A stretch of 64,000 nt of DNA. Source: Malacoraja senta (taxonomy: Eukaryota). The notes below the pieces were generated by a model. That model was not told where the DNA came from and did not search any database. It saw only the letters and a list, made by a program, of their open reading frames with translations. Each line of letters opens with the position of its first letter. The stretch's first letter is position 1. Of this stretch, positions 50,408-63,599 are shown piece after piece. The stretch covers positions 1-64,000 of the forward strand of contig JAXLNO010000796.1 in the NCBI GenBank assembly GCA_038087875.1, given 5' to 3'. Made by a program: the position numbers and the translations under genes.

Positions 50408-51664
50408 CTACAAGACAGTAAGATGGTTATTTTCATCTTCAGTAAAACTTGCACAGTCACCCACCACAAAATATTCTTCAGTCTACAACAACCAAGTTAC
50501 TGTCCACATCTGCCCCATTTTGCCTCTTTCGTCCCATCAACCAACCACGTGGTTTAAAAGGGATCGTACCCTCCCTGTTAAGACAGTACACAAGAAAGTT
50601 TGAAAGTACGTACCATTAAATTCAGGAACAGCTTCTTCCCCACTGTTATTGGACTACTGAATGGTTCTCATGTAAGATAAGATGTTGTCCTGATCTTCCA
50701 ACCAATCTCATTGTGATCCTTGCAACTCTTTTTGATCTGCACTTTCTCTGTAACTGTAATGCTATGATATTGTAAACCGATATTCTGCACTCTGAGTAGT
50801 TTTCTCTTTGCACTGATCTACTTGTGGATGGCTTGATTGAACATGTGTAGTATGATCTGATTGGATAACACACAGAAAAAACTTTTGACTATATCACAGT
50901 TCACGTGACAATAATAAACTAATACCAACGGCAAATCTTTTCACTAGGGCATATTATTGACAATAATAAATAATTGACAAGTTACAAAATGAGGGTCAAT
51001 TGGGGAGGTGACAAGCTTAAAATTGGCAGTATTTTCACTCCTCTTCAATAAGAGATAAAAGAGACCAGTCATTTGTTTACAAAATCTCTTTTTGCAGAGT
51101 GTGGTCATTCTCTGGCGCCAGAGATTTGTGAAGACAAAATCATTGGAAGTATTTAATATGGCGGTAGTTAAACTTTTGAAAGATTGGAGAATTGAGTGCA
51201 ATGAGGAACTGGCACCGAACAGGAGTTGATGCCTGAGGAACGTCAGCCATGGTCATATTGAATGGTGGGCAGGTTAGAGGACCAAATGGCTTACTTGATA
51301 ACTGAGGAGAAAATCAGGCTTCTGAATGATCGTTCCATAAGCTAGGGTTCTGTCCAATTGACCACTACCCCATTACAGACAGTGGACTTTGTTTATGGAA
51401 CTATGCAGGAAGGAACTGTAGATGCTGGTTTAAACCGCAGATAGACACAAAATGCTAGAGTAACTCAACGGGTCAGGCAGCATCTCTGGAGAGAAGGAAT
51501 GTGTCACGTTTTGTGTCGAAACCCTTATCTAATGGAACTGGTGTGCTACATTGCTGAGAACTATATGCCACACTATGTACCTTCCCCTTTGCTCTACCTT
51601 CAGTACTTGAGTTGACTTGATCATATATATGTATGTTGTTATCTCATCCAATTGGATAGCATGC

Positions 51665-51950
51665 AACTGTACCTGGAAAGTTGCTGCCTTACAGTACCAC
51701 AGACCAAAGTTCAATCCTGACAATGGGTGCTGTCTATATAGAGTTCATATATTCTCCCTGTGACCATGTGAGTTATCTCCGGGTGCTACAGTTCCGTCAC
51801 ATTCAAAGACGTGCAGGTTTGTAAGTTTTTTGGCTTCTGTAAATTGTCCCTAGTGTGTAGGATAGAACTAATATTTGGGTGGTCGTTAGTCAGCACAGGT
51901 TCAGTGGGCCAAAAGGCCTATTTCAATGCTGTACCTCGAAACTAAACGTG
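51665..51950 (+). mobile_element. HE1-type SINE
   Basis: gttgctgccttacagtaccacagaccaaagttcaatcctgac...gacgtgcaggtttgtaag...aaactaaac. Confidence 0.75.
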
Positions 51951-53649
51951 ACAATAATAATCCGAAACTTATCCCTGTGCCTATCTGTAGATTAGTGTCA
52001 CTCATACTGTGGCTCCGCCCACAGGCTTATTAGACAGCTCTCTCTCTGGTAGACTGGTAGTAAGCATGCTGAGAAGAAAGCACCTTGTGTTTCCTCTGCA
52101 AAGTTACTAATAACCACTATGTGTGAGTTTGATCATTCTTCCAACACTATCTCTTGTGTTGTTACGTCTCTGGAACTAAGTGGTAGCTGCGCTTAACTTT
52201 GTTGTAGCATAACTGTTTATGCTGAACAATTCATGAAAAAAGTCTAAAAAGGATTTTAAAAAAGTGATTCCAGCATGTTGAAAGATAATTGGGACTGATA
52301 CGTAATGGGTGGCACTGCGGCACAGTTCCAGTGACGAGGGTTCGGTCACAATCTTGAAACAGAAAAACTTAAACTGAGGCAGGTGCCTCAACTTCATCAA
52401 TCCAGTGCTGTTATGACACTGGGCCTTAACATGAGAAAATTAGAAATTGGGTATTTCCTTAGGGCAAAATCAGACTTCTCAGAGACTTGAAAGCTGCAAG
52501 ATAGTACTGGAATGTGGTGGATCTCTGCGTGCTGTTCCAGAAGTGGACGTATTGTACTCATGTACAGTATGACTTGACTGGGGAGAATGCAGAACAACCA
52601 TTTCACTGCAGATAGACACAAAAAACTGGAGTAATTCAGCGGGACAGGCAGCATCTCTGGAGAGAAGGGACGGGGTGTCCAGCATCTGCTGTTCCATCCA
52701 AACCATTTCACTGCATCTCTGCATGCATGAAACTAAACAGAGTTATATAAAATGCAGCACATACTGCAGTACTCAAGTAGGTCAGGCTGTCCTGATTTTG
52801 CTGGTGGATAACTTTACTGTAATTTAAAAACACTCAAAAACGTGCAGGTGTAACTCAGTGGCTCAGGCAGCATCTGGAAGACAAGGTTATGTAATCCTTC
52901 AGCTTGGGATCCTGCTTCATACTTCTTGCATCTGTTCTTTTTGACTTCAACTTAACAGTTGAAATGACCAGTTCTTTTATCGACAGGGAATGCAACTCGT
53001 TGAATGTGGAATTGAGTTTGAAAGGCTGCAACATGTCCAGACAGAAGCTGAGTTTTTGGTCCTCAAGGTTACTTTCACCCTTGTTATCCTAGTGTAAGAG
53101 GTACAGATGGATGGATCATGGTGGGTGTTGAATGGAGAATTAGAGTGGCAGGAATTAGGAATCTTAGAAAGTCCCATGGATTGAATGGATTCTCCAGAAA
53201 GCAGCCATTCTATTTGTTTCATTGATGCAATGTGGAAGATTACGTCATGAAAACTAAATGCAGTAGATTTGACTGGAAGTGCTAGTGTTTCACGCTGTTT
53301 CACTTTGAAGAACTACCTGGTTCTTGGAGGTAAATGGATAGATGTTGCTTGCACCAAGACAGGAAAGTAGAGGAAAGTTGTGGGGATAGTAGACAGACCA
53401 GGGAGCGAAAAAGGGAATGACTACTTCAAGATATAGAATGGGGATTAGGGCAGGAGGAGAGGGAGAAATGGATTGACTAATTGAATCAGATTTAAACTGG
53501 GAGTAAGTATTCAACATGGAGGCTGGAGGAGTGGAAAACATATCCCTGCCCTGTCTAATGAGAATATATAGAACATAGAACAGTACAAGAACAGGACTTT
53601 CAGCCTGCAATGTCCATGTGGAACAGGATACCAAGTTAAACTAAGGCAA

Positions 53650-53945
53650 AACAGTGGCACAGTGATAGAGTGGCTGTCTTACAGCATTAGAGACCCGGGT
53701 TCGATCCTGACTAGAGTGCTGTCTGGACAGAGTTTGTACGTTCTCTCTGTCACCCTGTGGGTTTTCTCTGGGGGCTCCGGTTTCCTCCCAAATACAAAAG
53801 ACGTGCAGGTTTGTAGGTTAATTGGCTTCTGTAAATTGTCCCTAGCTTGTAGGACAAAAATAGTGAATGGGCAATTGCTGGTCAGTGCAGACTCAGTGAC
53901 CCAAAGATCCTGTTTCCATACTCTATCTCTAAACTAAACCAAAAC
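53650..53945 (+). mobile_element. HE1-type SINE
   Basis: gtggcacagtgatagagtggctgtcttacagcattagagacccgggttcgatcc...ctatctctaaactaaacc. Confidence 0.85.
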
Positions 53946-54254
53946 TAATTTCCACAGCCTGCATGTGATCCATATCCTTGTATTCGCTGCACATTCACAA
54001 GCCTGTCCAAAACCTTCTTAAGCACCGTTATCATGTCCTCCTCTACCACCACTCCTGGTAGCGCATTCTAGGTATCAAGCTCTCTCTGTGCAAAAAAACA
54101 CTTGACCTGCACAACTCGTGTAAATTTTGCCCTTCCAAGCTTAACGCTGTGCTCTTTTGAGATGTGTGATAGACATGCAATCCCATTAGGGGCTGTCAAC
54201 TGTGGTCAAGAAAATCCATGGTTAACTAATATGAAAGACATCAATTACACTTTC

Positions 54255-56230
54255 TCCCTGTCAAACAGGGATGTAATGCTGAGGTTCTATAAGGCGCCGG
54301 TCAAGCCACATTTGGAGCATTGTGAGCAATTTTGGGCATCATATCTGAGGAAGGATGTGCTGGCTCTGGAGAGGGTCCAGAGGAGGTGTACAAGAATGAT
54401 CCCAGGAATGAATGGGTTAACATATGATGACCATTTGATGGCAGTGGGCCTGTACTTGCTGGAGTTTAGAAGAATAAGGGGGGATCTCATTGAATCATAC
54501 AAAATAGTGAAAGACTGTTTGCCTTTTGAAATTGGTTCGATTATGTTTGCTCCCACAAAATTGCATTAAAAAACCTATAGTGAAAATCCTATAATATATA
54601 GTGGTATACGAATTTGGAAACAATTAAAAAAGACTTTAAAATTGGATAATTTATCACTCTGTCTCCCCATTATAAACAACCCTTTATTCAAACCTTCCAT
54701 GTTGGATAAAGGCTTTACACAATGGAAAAATTATGGAATTAAAAAGATGGGACATCTTTATAGGAAAGGCACTTTTCTTTCAGTTCAGGAGTTACAACAG
54801 ATTTACGGACTACACTCAAATAACTTTTTCAGATATTTACAACTTAAAGATTACATTAAATGAAATACACAAGATTACAGAACTAGGGAACCAGAAATCG
54901 TTGATGAATGTTTGAATAAACATCCTAATACAGAAAAATTAATATCTCATATTTATAATACCCTCTTAGATAGTGAGGTCCTGCCAACGGATTTATATAG
55001 ACACACATGGGAAAATGAATTAGGCCAACCCTTAACGAAAGATATTTGGGACGAAAGTCTACAATATATACATCAATGCTCGTTAAATGCCAGACATGCC
55101 TTAATACAATTTAAAGTATTACATAGATTACATTATTCTTAAACAAAATTAAATAGAATCTTCCCACATATCTCTCCTATTTGTGATAAATGCCAGCATT
55201 TAGAGGCTAACCTTTGTAAATTGTATAAAAATCAAAAATTTCTGGAAGGACATTTTCAGAATAATTTCTGAAGTAGTCAATACCCAATTGGATCCCGACT
55301 CAAAACTAATAATATTAGGAATATCAGAACAAAGCCTAAGACTTACAATAAACCAAAGAAGCTTTCTTGATTATAGTATAATAATTGGGAAAAAATTAAT
55401 ATTAAAATTTTGGAAAGGTCCTATAAACCCCACAATTAAAATGTGGATTATGGAAATGTCAGAGACCTTACATTTGGAAAGAACTAGACTTGTCTTAATT
55501 GACAAACATGAATTATTTAATGGAATATGGTCTCCATGTATTGATTTTTTGAAAGGGTAAATTGGTTCAGCACGGGAATCTGACTGAAATCCAAGCTCAG
55601 GATTAGATGAATAGTTATGCTTTATAACCTACGGACCTATCTCCAAAGTTGTATTATTGGTAAATTATTCCATTCTTCTTTATCATGCTTTTAAATTTCT
55701 CACTTTCTATCTATAAAACAAAACTAAATAGAAGCTGATTTAATATACAATTGATAAAGGAGGACCACTATTATTTTGATAGCTGGACTCCCACCTATTA
55801 GCAAAGTAGGATTGATATATAAGAAATGTTTGTATTATGATATGCACATGCTTCTAATAAAAATATTTAAAATAAATTTTAAAAATAGTGAAAGGCTTGG
55901 ATAGATGTGGATGTGGAGAGGATGTCTCCAATGGTGGGAGAGTCTACGACGAGAGGTCATAGTCTCAATATTAAAGGACATTCCTTTAGGAAAGAGATGA
56001 GGAGGAATTTATTTTGTCAGAGGGTGGTGATTCTGTGGAATTATTTGCCACAGAAGGCTGTGGAGTCCGTCAATGGATATTTTGAATTCTTGATTAGTAT
56101 GTACGTCAGGGGTTATGGGGAGAAGGCAGGAGAATGGGGTTAGGAGGGAGAGATAGATCAGCCATGATTGACGGGCGAAGTCGACTTGATGGGCCGAATG
56201 TTCTAATGCTGCACCCATCACTTATGACCT
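54255..56230 (+). mobile_element. CR1 3' fragment split by an L1 insertion
   Basis: Encodes VKPHLEHCEQFWASYLRKDVLALERVQRRCTRMIPG (54255-54513) and resumes at 55882 with TRGHSLNIKGHSFRKEMRRN. Confidence 0.85.
54514..55881 (+). mobile_element. 5'-truncated L1-clade LINE with a 13-bp TSD
   Basis: L1 ORF2 C-terminal motifs FFRYLQL, ARHALIQFKVLHRL and CDKC. AATAAA and an A-rich tail. TSD AAAATAGTGAAAG at 54501-54513 and 55882-55894. Confidence 0.88.
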
Positions 56231-56548
56231 TATGACTCAGTTGGCTTCCTCCATGTGCTCCAGTTTTGTCCCATATACCAAAGACGTGCCAGTGAGTTAG
56301 TTGGACATTGCAAATTATCCGTCGTGGAGCTGAATGTAAGGAGAATCCGAGGGAGCTGAGTGCAAGTTGTGAGAGAGAGCAGTGGAACGGTTTGTCGACA
56401 TTGCATAGAAAACTAGCATAGAATCAATGGGCCGAATGACCTTTCCCTCTGTCATGATTGGGTCAGAGATAATATGACTCATTGCCTCAGAGTGAAATAT
56501 TACTCATTGCCTACCATCACAAAACAACATCCTTTGTTCTGAACTCAC

Positions 56549-56824
56549 CTTTTCTGGTCATGTATGTCTTTCCAATTGCATAGTATGTAAGCCATAGATC
56601 CACACAGTCATGTTCTAACAAGCTCTTGAAATAACGGTTCATTTTTTCATTCTTGTCCCATTTCTCTTTGAAGGGCTCAGCTATTGGATCATGCACCGTC
56701 CACTTTAGTTTGTCCTTATCAAAACTAAATGCATATCTTCCATCAAAAGCCAACTTCAATATCCCTACAGTGGGACTGTGATCGTCCACCTCACAACCAA
56801 ACTGTCCTTGAACGTAGTGATAAT
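56549..56824 (-). CDS. MHC class I-like gene, alpha2 exon (non-classical)
   Basis: Acceptor ttattttCAG and donor GTGAGT. The 276-bp phase 1-1 exon encodes (D)YHYVQGQFGCEVDD...LAFDGRYAFSFDKDKLKW...FKEKWD...LLEHDCVDLWLTYYAIGKTYMTRK, with both alpha2 cysteines present. Confidence 0.95.
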
Positions 56825-56979
56825 CTGAAATAAAAATAAAAATCATTATTTGATTAATTGTTATGACTGGGTAATTTCTGAACACCAGGGTACAAGTTAT
56901 TTATATATGTCACAAGTAGCAAGGGTCACAGCATAGATCCCTGTGACAACTCTACTTGTCACTGAACTACAGCCTGAAT

Positions 56980-57440
56980 ATTTGGCCTTCCGTACAACTG
57001 TAGAGACCATATTATTGTATGGGTGTGATGCATGGACTCTCACTCCAGCACTGTCCTAGTCTCTTGATGGTACCTACACCCGAATGCTCGGAAAAGTTTA
57101 AAATGTCAGATGGAGGGACCACATCACCAACGCCCAGCTCTATGGGGAGAATCCACCTCTGACCGAGAAGATCACGTTGAGAAGGATGAGGCTCGCAGGT
57201 CACTGGCTCCGTTACCCAGAAATGCCAGCGAACAAGGTTGTGCTGTGGGAACCCACCCATGGAAGACTTGACCCAGGATGGCCAATCAAGATGATGGTGA
57301 AGACGTTGATGGAAGACGCATGTGTAGAGATAAAAAAGGCGCTTGCCAGTTGCATGAAGGAGAGATGTGTGGTGCATCCGTCACCGTGCCCGTCGGAAAC
57401 CAGCACGGCACTAATGTTTTCAATGATTATTATTATCATC
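56980..57440 (+). mobile_element. RTE-clade LINE 3' end
   Basis: Encodes FRTTVETILLYGCDAWTLT...YTRML...RRMRLAGHWLR...WEPTHGR, with an (ATT)n tail. Confidence 0.75.
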
Positions 57441-57561
57441 CACTACACCCCTCTGTCCTGAGGATTTATCCACATTTCTCTTCAAGTGATCCAACATCTC
57501 CTTCTTGCTTAACTTCAAAGTGTCCCTGCATGTTAGCATTCTCCACATTGATTCTCCATGT

Positions 57562-58388
57562 GTAAGAAAGAACTGCAGATGCTGCAGATGTTAAAATCGA
57601 AGAGAGACACAAAATGCTGGCGTAACTCAGCGGGTCAGGCAGCTTCCCTGGAGAGATGGAATGGGCATCGTTTTGGGTCGAGACCCTTCTTCATACTGAT
57701 GTCAGGGGAGGGACAAAGATAGAATGTCGGCGGAGACAGTAAGACTGGTGGGAGAATTGGGAAGGGGGAGGGGATGGAGAGAGAAATCAAGGGCTATCGA
57801 AAGTTATAGAAGTCAATGTTCATACCGCTGGAGTATAGACTACCCAAGCGAAATATGAGGTGCTGTTCCTCCAATTTGTGCTGGGCCACACTCTGACAAT
57901 GGAGGAGGCCCAGAACAGAAAGGTCAGATTGGGAATGGGAGGGGGAGTTGAAGTGCTGAGCCACCGGGAGATCGGGTAGGGTAAGACGGACTGAGGGGAA
58001 GTGTTCAGCAAAACGATCGCCGAGCCTGCGCTTGGTCTCACTGATGTAGAGAAGTTGACAACTGAAACAGTGGATACAGTAGATGAGGTTGGAAGAGGTG
58101 CAAGTGAACTTCTGCCTCACCTGGAAAGACTTTTGGTCCTTGGACGGAGTCGAGGGGGGACGTAAAGGGACAGGTGTTGCATCTCCGGCGGTTGCAGGGG
58201 AAAGTAGCCGGGGAGCGGGTGGTTTGGGTGTGAAGGGACAAGTTGACCAGGGAGTTTCGGAGGGAACGGTCTCTGCGGAAAGCAGAAAGGGGTGGAGATG
58301 GGAAGATGTGATCAGTAGTGGGATCCCGTTGGAGGTGGCAAAAATGATGGAGGATTTTATGATGTACGTACTATTAATAGTCCTTACT
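57562..58388 (-). mobile_element. Penelope-like element 3' portion (GIY-YIG endonuclease plus 3' UTR with a decayed hammerhead), inserted in a CR1 fragment with an 11-bp TSD
   Basis: FTCTSSNLIYCIHC...LYISETKRRLGDRFAEH...HFN...EQHLIFRLGSL..GMN. TSD ATTCTCCATGT at 57551-57561 and 58389-58399. The flanks translate as CR1 ORF2. Confidence 0.9.
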
Positions 58389-58519
58389 ATTCTCCATGTC
58401 TTCCTTGGTGAAACCAAACCTTGCCTATATCCACAAACTCCAAGCACATATTCCCTTCTATATCCTTAAGCAATCCACCTTTTGCTGCAATGGTTGCCTC
58501 GCCAACAGTATGTCTGTCC

Positions 58520-59170
58520 CTTCCTTCTTTGTGTCCATTTTGTATGTGTTAAATGTATATTCTTTCGTGTTCTTTTGCTTGTTTTGGGGGGGGGGGGGTT
58601 GGGGGAGTTGTGGGAAACTTTTCCTAATCTCTTACCTCGACGTTGATGCGATATTTTTTGTATCGTATCTCCGTCCACAATGCGGCCTAACATTGAGGAA
58701 TGGCGGCCTTTGCTAGAGATCGACCGGGAGATCCATCGCAGGAGCCTGTGGACTTACCATCATGGAGCTCGTGATCCCTGTCGGGGATCGACTTTAGGGC
58801 TCCAACTGTGAGAGCCTGCAAGACTTTAACATCGCGGAGCCCGCGGTCCCAGGTCGAGACCGACATCCGGGACCTCCAAGCCGCAGGAGTTTCGACCGCT
58901 CCGACCGCTCCGATGTGGGAGTTTCGATTCCCCAATGGGGGTTTCGACCACCGACTGCAGATTGTTTGACTGCCCCGACCGCAGGAGATAAAGAGGAAGG
59001 AGATTAGACTTTATTGCCTTCTATCACAGTGAGGAACGTGCGGGCTCCTCTGTTGTGGATGTTTATGTTAACTTTTATGTTATTGTGTGTCTTGTTGCTT
59101 TTTTTAGTATGGTGTATGGTAGTCTGCATTTCAATGTACCTTAATTGGTATATGTGACAATAAACTAACC
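58520..59170 (+). mobile_element. Unclassified GC-rich interspersed repeat with a LINE-like tail; a related copy lies at 61770-62240
   Basis: Shared motifs gggacctccaagccgcag, ggagga..att.gact..ttgccttc.a.cacagtga and a tgtgacaataaa/tgtgatgaataaa tail in both copies. Confidence 0.55.
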
Positions 59171-61190
59171 ATGAAACCTTGAAAAAGATGTGGGATTTTC
59201 TGTAATCCGACTCACTAAAGCCACTTTGTGGCCTTTATTAGCCCCTTTAATTTTAAGCTTTAGAGCAGTTGTTCTTAATCTTTTTGGCCCCACGACCCCA
59301 TCGGGCATTCTTGATCAGTACCATGACCTCTGAAACAAAATTTGAAAAAAAACAGCCCGATTTATTAAAACATGTCTGCCATTGCTCAGTCAATGGGATG
59401 GCTGAAATTGCTTCGCAGTCATCACGCAATCAAAACGAGCACGAATGCTCGACAGGCAGCATCTCATGTCAGTGTCGATCACAAGCCTATTGCGTACCTT
59501 CGTTTTCAGAGTTACCATAGTGGAGAATCCACCCTCACAGTGAGAGGTTGAGGGGGACTGGACCAATAGGGTCAGGGCCCTCTTTGAAAGAGCAGGACAG
59601 TCCTTCACTTTCAGCCAAAACGTGGCGAGCTCTTGTTCCATGAAGTCACTCTTGAGTTGCGCATCTTCACAAATTCGGTAAAATTCAACCTTCGCAGTCA
59701 CGTCAGTATCACTGATGGCACCGCCTTCAACGGAAAAGGGTCGGAAGATCCACTGATCACGAGAGCGGTCGTCCAGTCTGGGGAAGTAACATTCGATGGC
59801 TTCACTAATTGCCAGAAGGTGGGTTGAGATCTCCTCATGGAAGTGGCATTCAGCATCAGGCGTAGCATGGAGGAGAGTCGTCATCTCAGGGAAGATAGTT
59901 GAGTCACCGTCCTGGACTCTTCTCTGGTAAAGATTCCTCCTGAATGCTGCCACTTTGCCATTGGGAGGTTTCCTTGAAGTGACAGGTTCAAGGAATTCAC
60001 CTCGGTGAAGAAGTCAGCCAAGTAAGCAACCTTCATCACGAACAGTTCAACCTGCATCTTTTCATGAAGCGGATTCTCCTTCTCAGTACCCCTTCTCTCC
60101 AAGAACAGCGCTATTTCCTCTCAACGTTGAATCACATGATTGAGAAATTTACCAGTGCGAAAGCCAGCGCACTTCTGTGTGGAATAACAGAATAGTGAAA
60201 TCGGCGCCCATTTCTTCACACATCGCTTTGAAGATTCTTGAGTTTGTTGCACTCTCTCGGATGTGGTTCACAATCTTCACCACATCTGAAAGCACTTCTC
60301 GAAGACCAAGAGGGAGAGTCTTCATCACTAAAGCATGGTGATGTATCATGCAGTGGGTGAAGGAGACATGGGGAGCGACATCCTTCACGAAGGCTTGGAA
60401 ACCGGATCTGCAGCTGACCATGGAAGGTGCCCCAACTGTACACATCCCGACAAGGCATTCCCACCAAGCTCATGTTTGATGAGGAAGGCTTCCAGCATTC
60501 TGAACACATCTTCTCCCCGAGTGGTAGTAGCCAATGGGTCCGAGAACAGGTACTCCTCCACATGGCTTCTCCATTGAGGTAATGAACGTAGACTAGCAGT
60601 TGGGAACATGAGGCAACATCTGTTGACTCTCCCAGTTGCAGTGAATACACTGGACTGCTCGTCACAGCCCTCACTACTTGCAGCAGAATATCATTACTCA
60701 TATCCGAGATTCAACTTTTGACTGTGTCATTCAAAAGGGAAATCTGCCTGAACTTGTTTGACTGCTCTTCCCCCAGCACCAACTTCGCTGTTTCGAGAAG
60801 GCGTGGCTTGATAAGCTCTTCACCGATGCTGTGAGGTTTCTTAGTCTGTGCGATTCGATAAGCAATCCGGTATGAAGCCTCCAACGCTGCTTCATTTTGA
60901 TGAGCACAGTTACCCATTGAATAGATGCGGGATCCCTTGAGTACGGCTTCTTTTCGTTTGAAATAGTCCCCGCTCTTCCCCGCCAGGTTACTGTGACAAG
61001 ACTCCAAATGGATCTTCAGTTTGCTGGGCTTCATGCTCTCGTGACTCAAAACCTTGGCACAGAGAACACATCGCGGCTTGACCACGGATTTTGAACAATG
61101 CTTGTGAAGCCCAACTTGAGAAATGTTTCACTATACGTGCGCGTCTTGGAAGACATGGTTCACAACACACACTGTTTGTGCGTGTATACG

Positions 61191-63424
61191 CAGGGCCTGA
61201 GAGGAATTTTATCAGTGGGTACAACGTTTATTTTGGGCCTCATTCCCTTCTCCATTAGTCATCCTGTTTTTATCCACTATGCTACAGTTTTATGCCATGA
61301 GCTGGAGACTGCACGGCAAAAAGGGGTATGGAAGATGAGAGAGGGGTGGGATGGGGCGCTCTGTTGATTTTCTGCATTTGAGGCCTTATGTCCCTATACA
61401 CCCTCCATGATAAATATAAATAAGTATAAATAAAATAAAAGGATCAGAAAGCTCATTGGTTTTCCTTCACTCTATTGATGCTGCCTCACCCGTTGAGTTT
61501 CTCCAGCATTTAATCTAGCTTTGTTTTGAACATCTTTGTTTATGCTACAATACAGATAAGGAGAAAGAATTCACATTGAAACATCTTTTTATGTTTCAAT
61601 GCAGTTCATATCATCAAAAGACATAATTATTTGTAAAAAGTAAAAGATTTATTATATAAATTTATTTTATATAAAGAGGTTTCCTGGCCTTTTTTTGTGA
61701 AAAATGTCAAATCACAGCATAAAAATGTATTGTTCTGGCAATGTATGATTCAATACTATTGATTCAATACGTTGACACCGTGGAGCTGTGGTCTGCGGAG
61801 CTTCTAACCGCGGGCGTGGCGTGGACTTACCATCCGGATCCTGGGATCCCTCGCCGGGGATCACCAGAGACGAGCTCGAACCGCTGGCTCACATCCTGAA
61901 GCTGCGGTCTCCAGCAGGAAAGTGCCGAGTCGGGACCTCCAAGCCGCAGAGTGTGTTTGTCCGTCCCAACGTCGGAGTTTGGATCATCCCGACGAGAGGG
62001 CCTTGTACATCGGGCCGTCCCTGGATGCGACTACGGAGGGGTTATGGCTCCGAACACGGGTGAACAAAGGAGGAAGACTGGCTGAAACTTGTTGCCTTCT
62101 ACCACAGTGAAAAATGCTGTAGTGGATGTTTGTGTTCAATTTTATTGTGTATTGTGTGTTCTTTTTACGTGTATCACTGCTGGCAAATTCACTTCACTGC
62201 ACCTTCGGGTGTATGTGATGAATAAAACTGACTTTAACTTTGAATACTTAGCCTGGCCAAATCCACAAGACGATCATGAGACATTGTCGACCTTAATCAG
62301 CTTGAGTTTGCTAAATGACCTCTCTGCAGAAGCTACTGTTGCTGGAATTGTTAATAGTATTCTGAAGCTAACACAAACATTTGGAAACAGGTTACCAAGT
62401 CAATAGTCTGTTAACAAGTTCAACAGATCTAATGGTTTTAACTTCATTTATAAAATTCACCCTCCCACTAACACACACATACACTCAGACACACACTCAC
62501 TCACCTACTCACATACACCCACACACATACACACACCCTCACCCACGCACTCAGCCACACACATCCACACACATACACACACCCTCACCCACTCACTCAC
62601 ACACACCCATCCACACACTGACCCAAACCCAGGCCCGGACCACTGAAACAGACGCGGCTGCCGACTCTCACCACCACCCCGGGCGAGGCCACCGCAGCCA
62701 CTGTCGCCGACCTTCACTGTCTTCAGAAAGCCAATGATGCTGCTGCCCATATCTCTACTCCAGCTCCCCACGGGCCTCCACCAGCGACTCTGCCGACCCT
62801 CGCCTCTCCACCGGCCACCAGCGGGCCAGACCCGTCACCTCACCAGAGTTCCCAGCATAGCACCAGGCCCACAACCTAAACCATGCAGACAGCACATGGT
62901 CTGATTGCTGGCTCCTAGTGCTCCCCCCCTCCCTCCTACAGGGAAGACCCATCAATAGTGATGACTCTGCTGGGTCCTAGTGCTCTCCCCCCTCCTTCTC
63001 CTACAGGGAAGATCCATCAGTAGTGATGACTCTGCTGGGTCCTAGTGCTCTCCCCCCTCCTTGTCCTACAGGGAAGATCCATCAGTAGTGATGACTCTGT
63101 TGGGTCCTAGTGCTCTCCCTCCTCCTACAGGGAAGACCCATGAGTAGTGATGGTTCTTCCCCTTCCCCCTCTTTTAATCAGGTTACCCCGACCACACACC
63201 CGCCAGTTAAAATTCCCTGCTATATTATGGATCACAATTTCTACGAATTACGATATATAAAACTCTGAAGGCACAAAATGTGAATGCTAGTCTTCACAAA
63301 ATATATGCAAACATTTTCTGAGATTTCACGAAATTCACACCCCCCCTCCTTCAGCTCCCGGGCTCCTATTGGACTCTGGGCCCGGGTACGATGTACCCCC
63401 TGCACCCCCCTCTCATAGGCCCTG
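61191..63424 (-). mobile_element. Second hAT element, internally deleted, nested in the first
   Basis: TIRs CAGGGCCTGAGAGG / CAGGGCCTATGAGAGG and perfect TSD TGTATACG (61183-61190 and 63425-63432). A hAT dimerisation-domain remnant LFPNVCVSFRILLTIPATVASAERSFSKLKLIK lies at about 62245-62400. Confidence 0.9.
62930..63160. repeat. Tandem repeat of about 58-61 bp, four copies
   Basis: CTACAGGGAAGATCCATCAGTAGTGATGACTCTGCTGGGTCCTAGTGCTCTCCCCCCTCC is repeated. Confidence 0.85.
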
Positions 63425-63599
63425 TGTATACGTACGCGCATTCGTGAACAAAATACTGTGTGTGGTATGTACCTTTGTTAGGTTCCTCAAAATAGGCTCA
63501 ACAAATTGATGTTCTTTACAACCCCTTCATGACCCCCGGAAAAACCCCAAGTGACCCCCATGGGGGTCATGACCCCCAGGTTAAGAACCACTGCTTTGG

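Larger units (their letters stand above)
59266..63593 (-). mobile_element. hAT transposon of the Buster/Charlie type (ZBED8/FAM200-like transposase pseudogene, about 59390-61100)
   Basis: TIRs CAGTTGTTCTTAATCT / CAGTGGTTCTTAACCT and TSD CTTTAGAG / CTTTGGAG. Fragments include a BED finger (CVLC...MKPSKLKIH), GESTD, CTVGA, HCMIH, VRWLS and STSHCEGGFS. Confidence 0.92.

Noticed and set aside
59390-61100. Domesticated ZBED8/FAM200/SCAND3-like host gene
   Set aside because: It has multiple frameshifts, mutated catalytic aspartates, and retained TIRs and TSD, so it is a decayed transposon.
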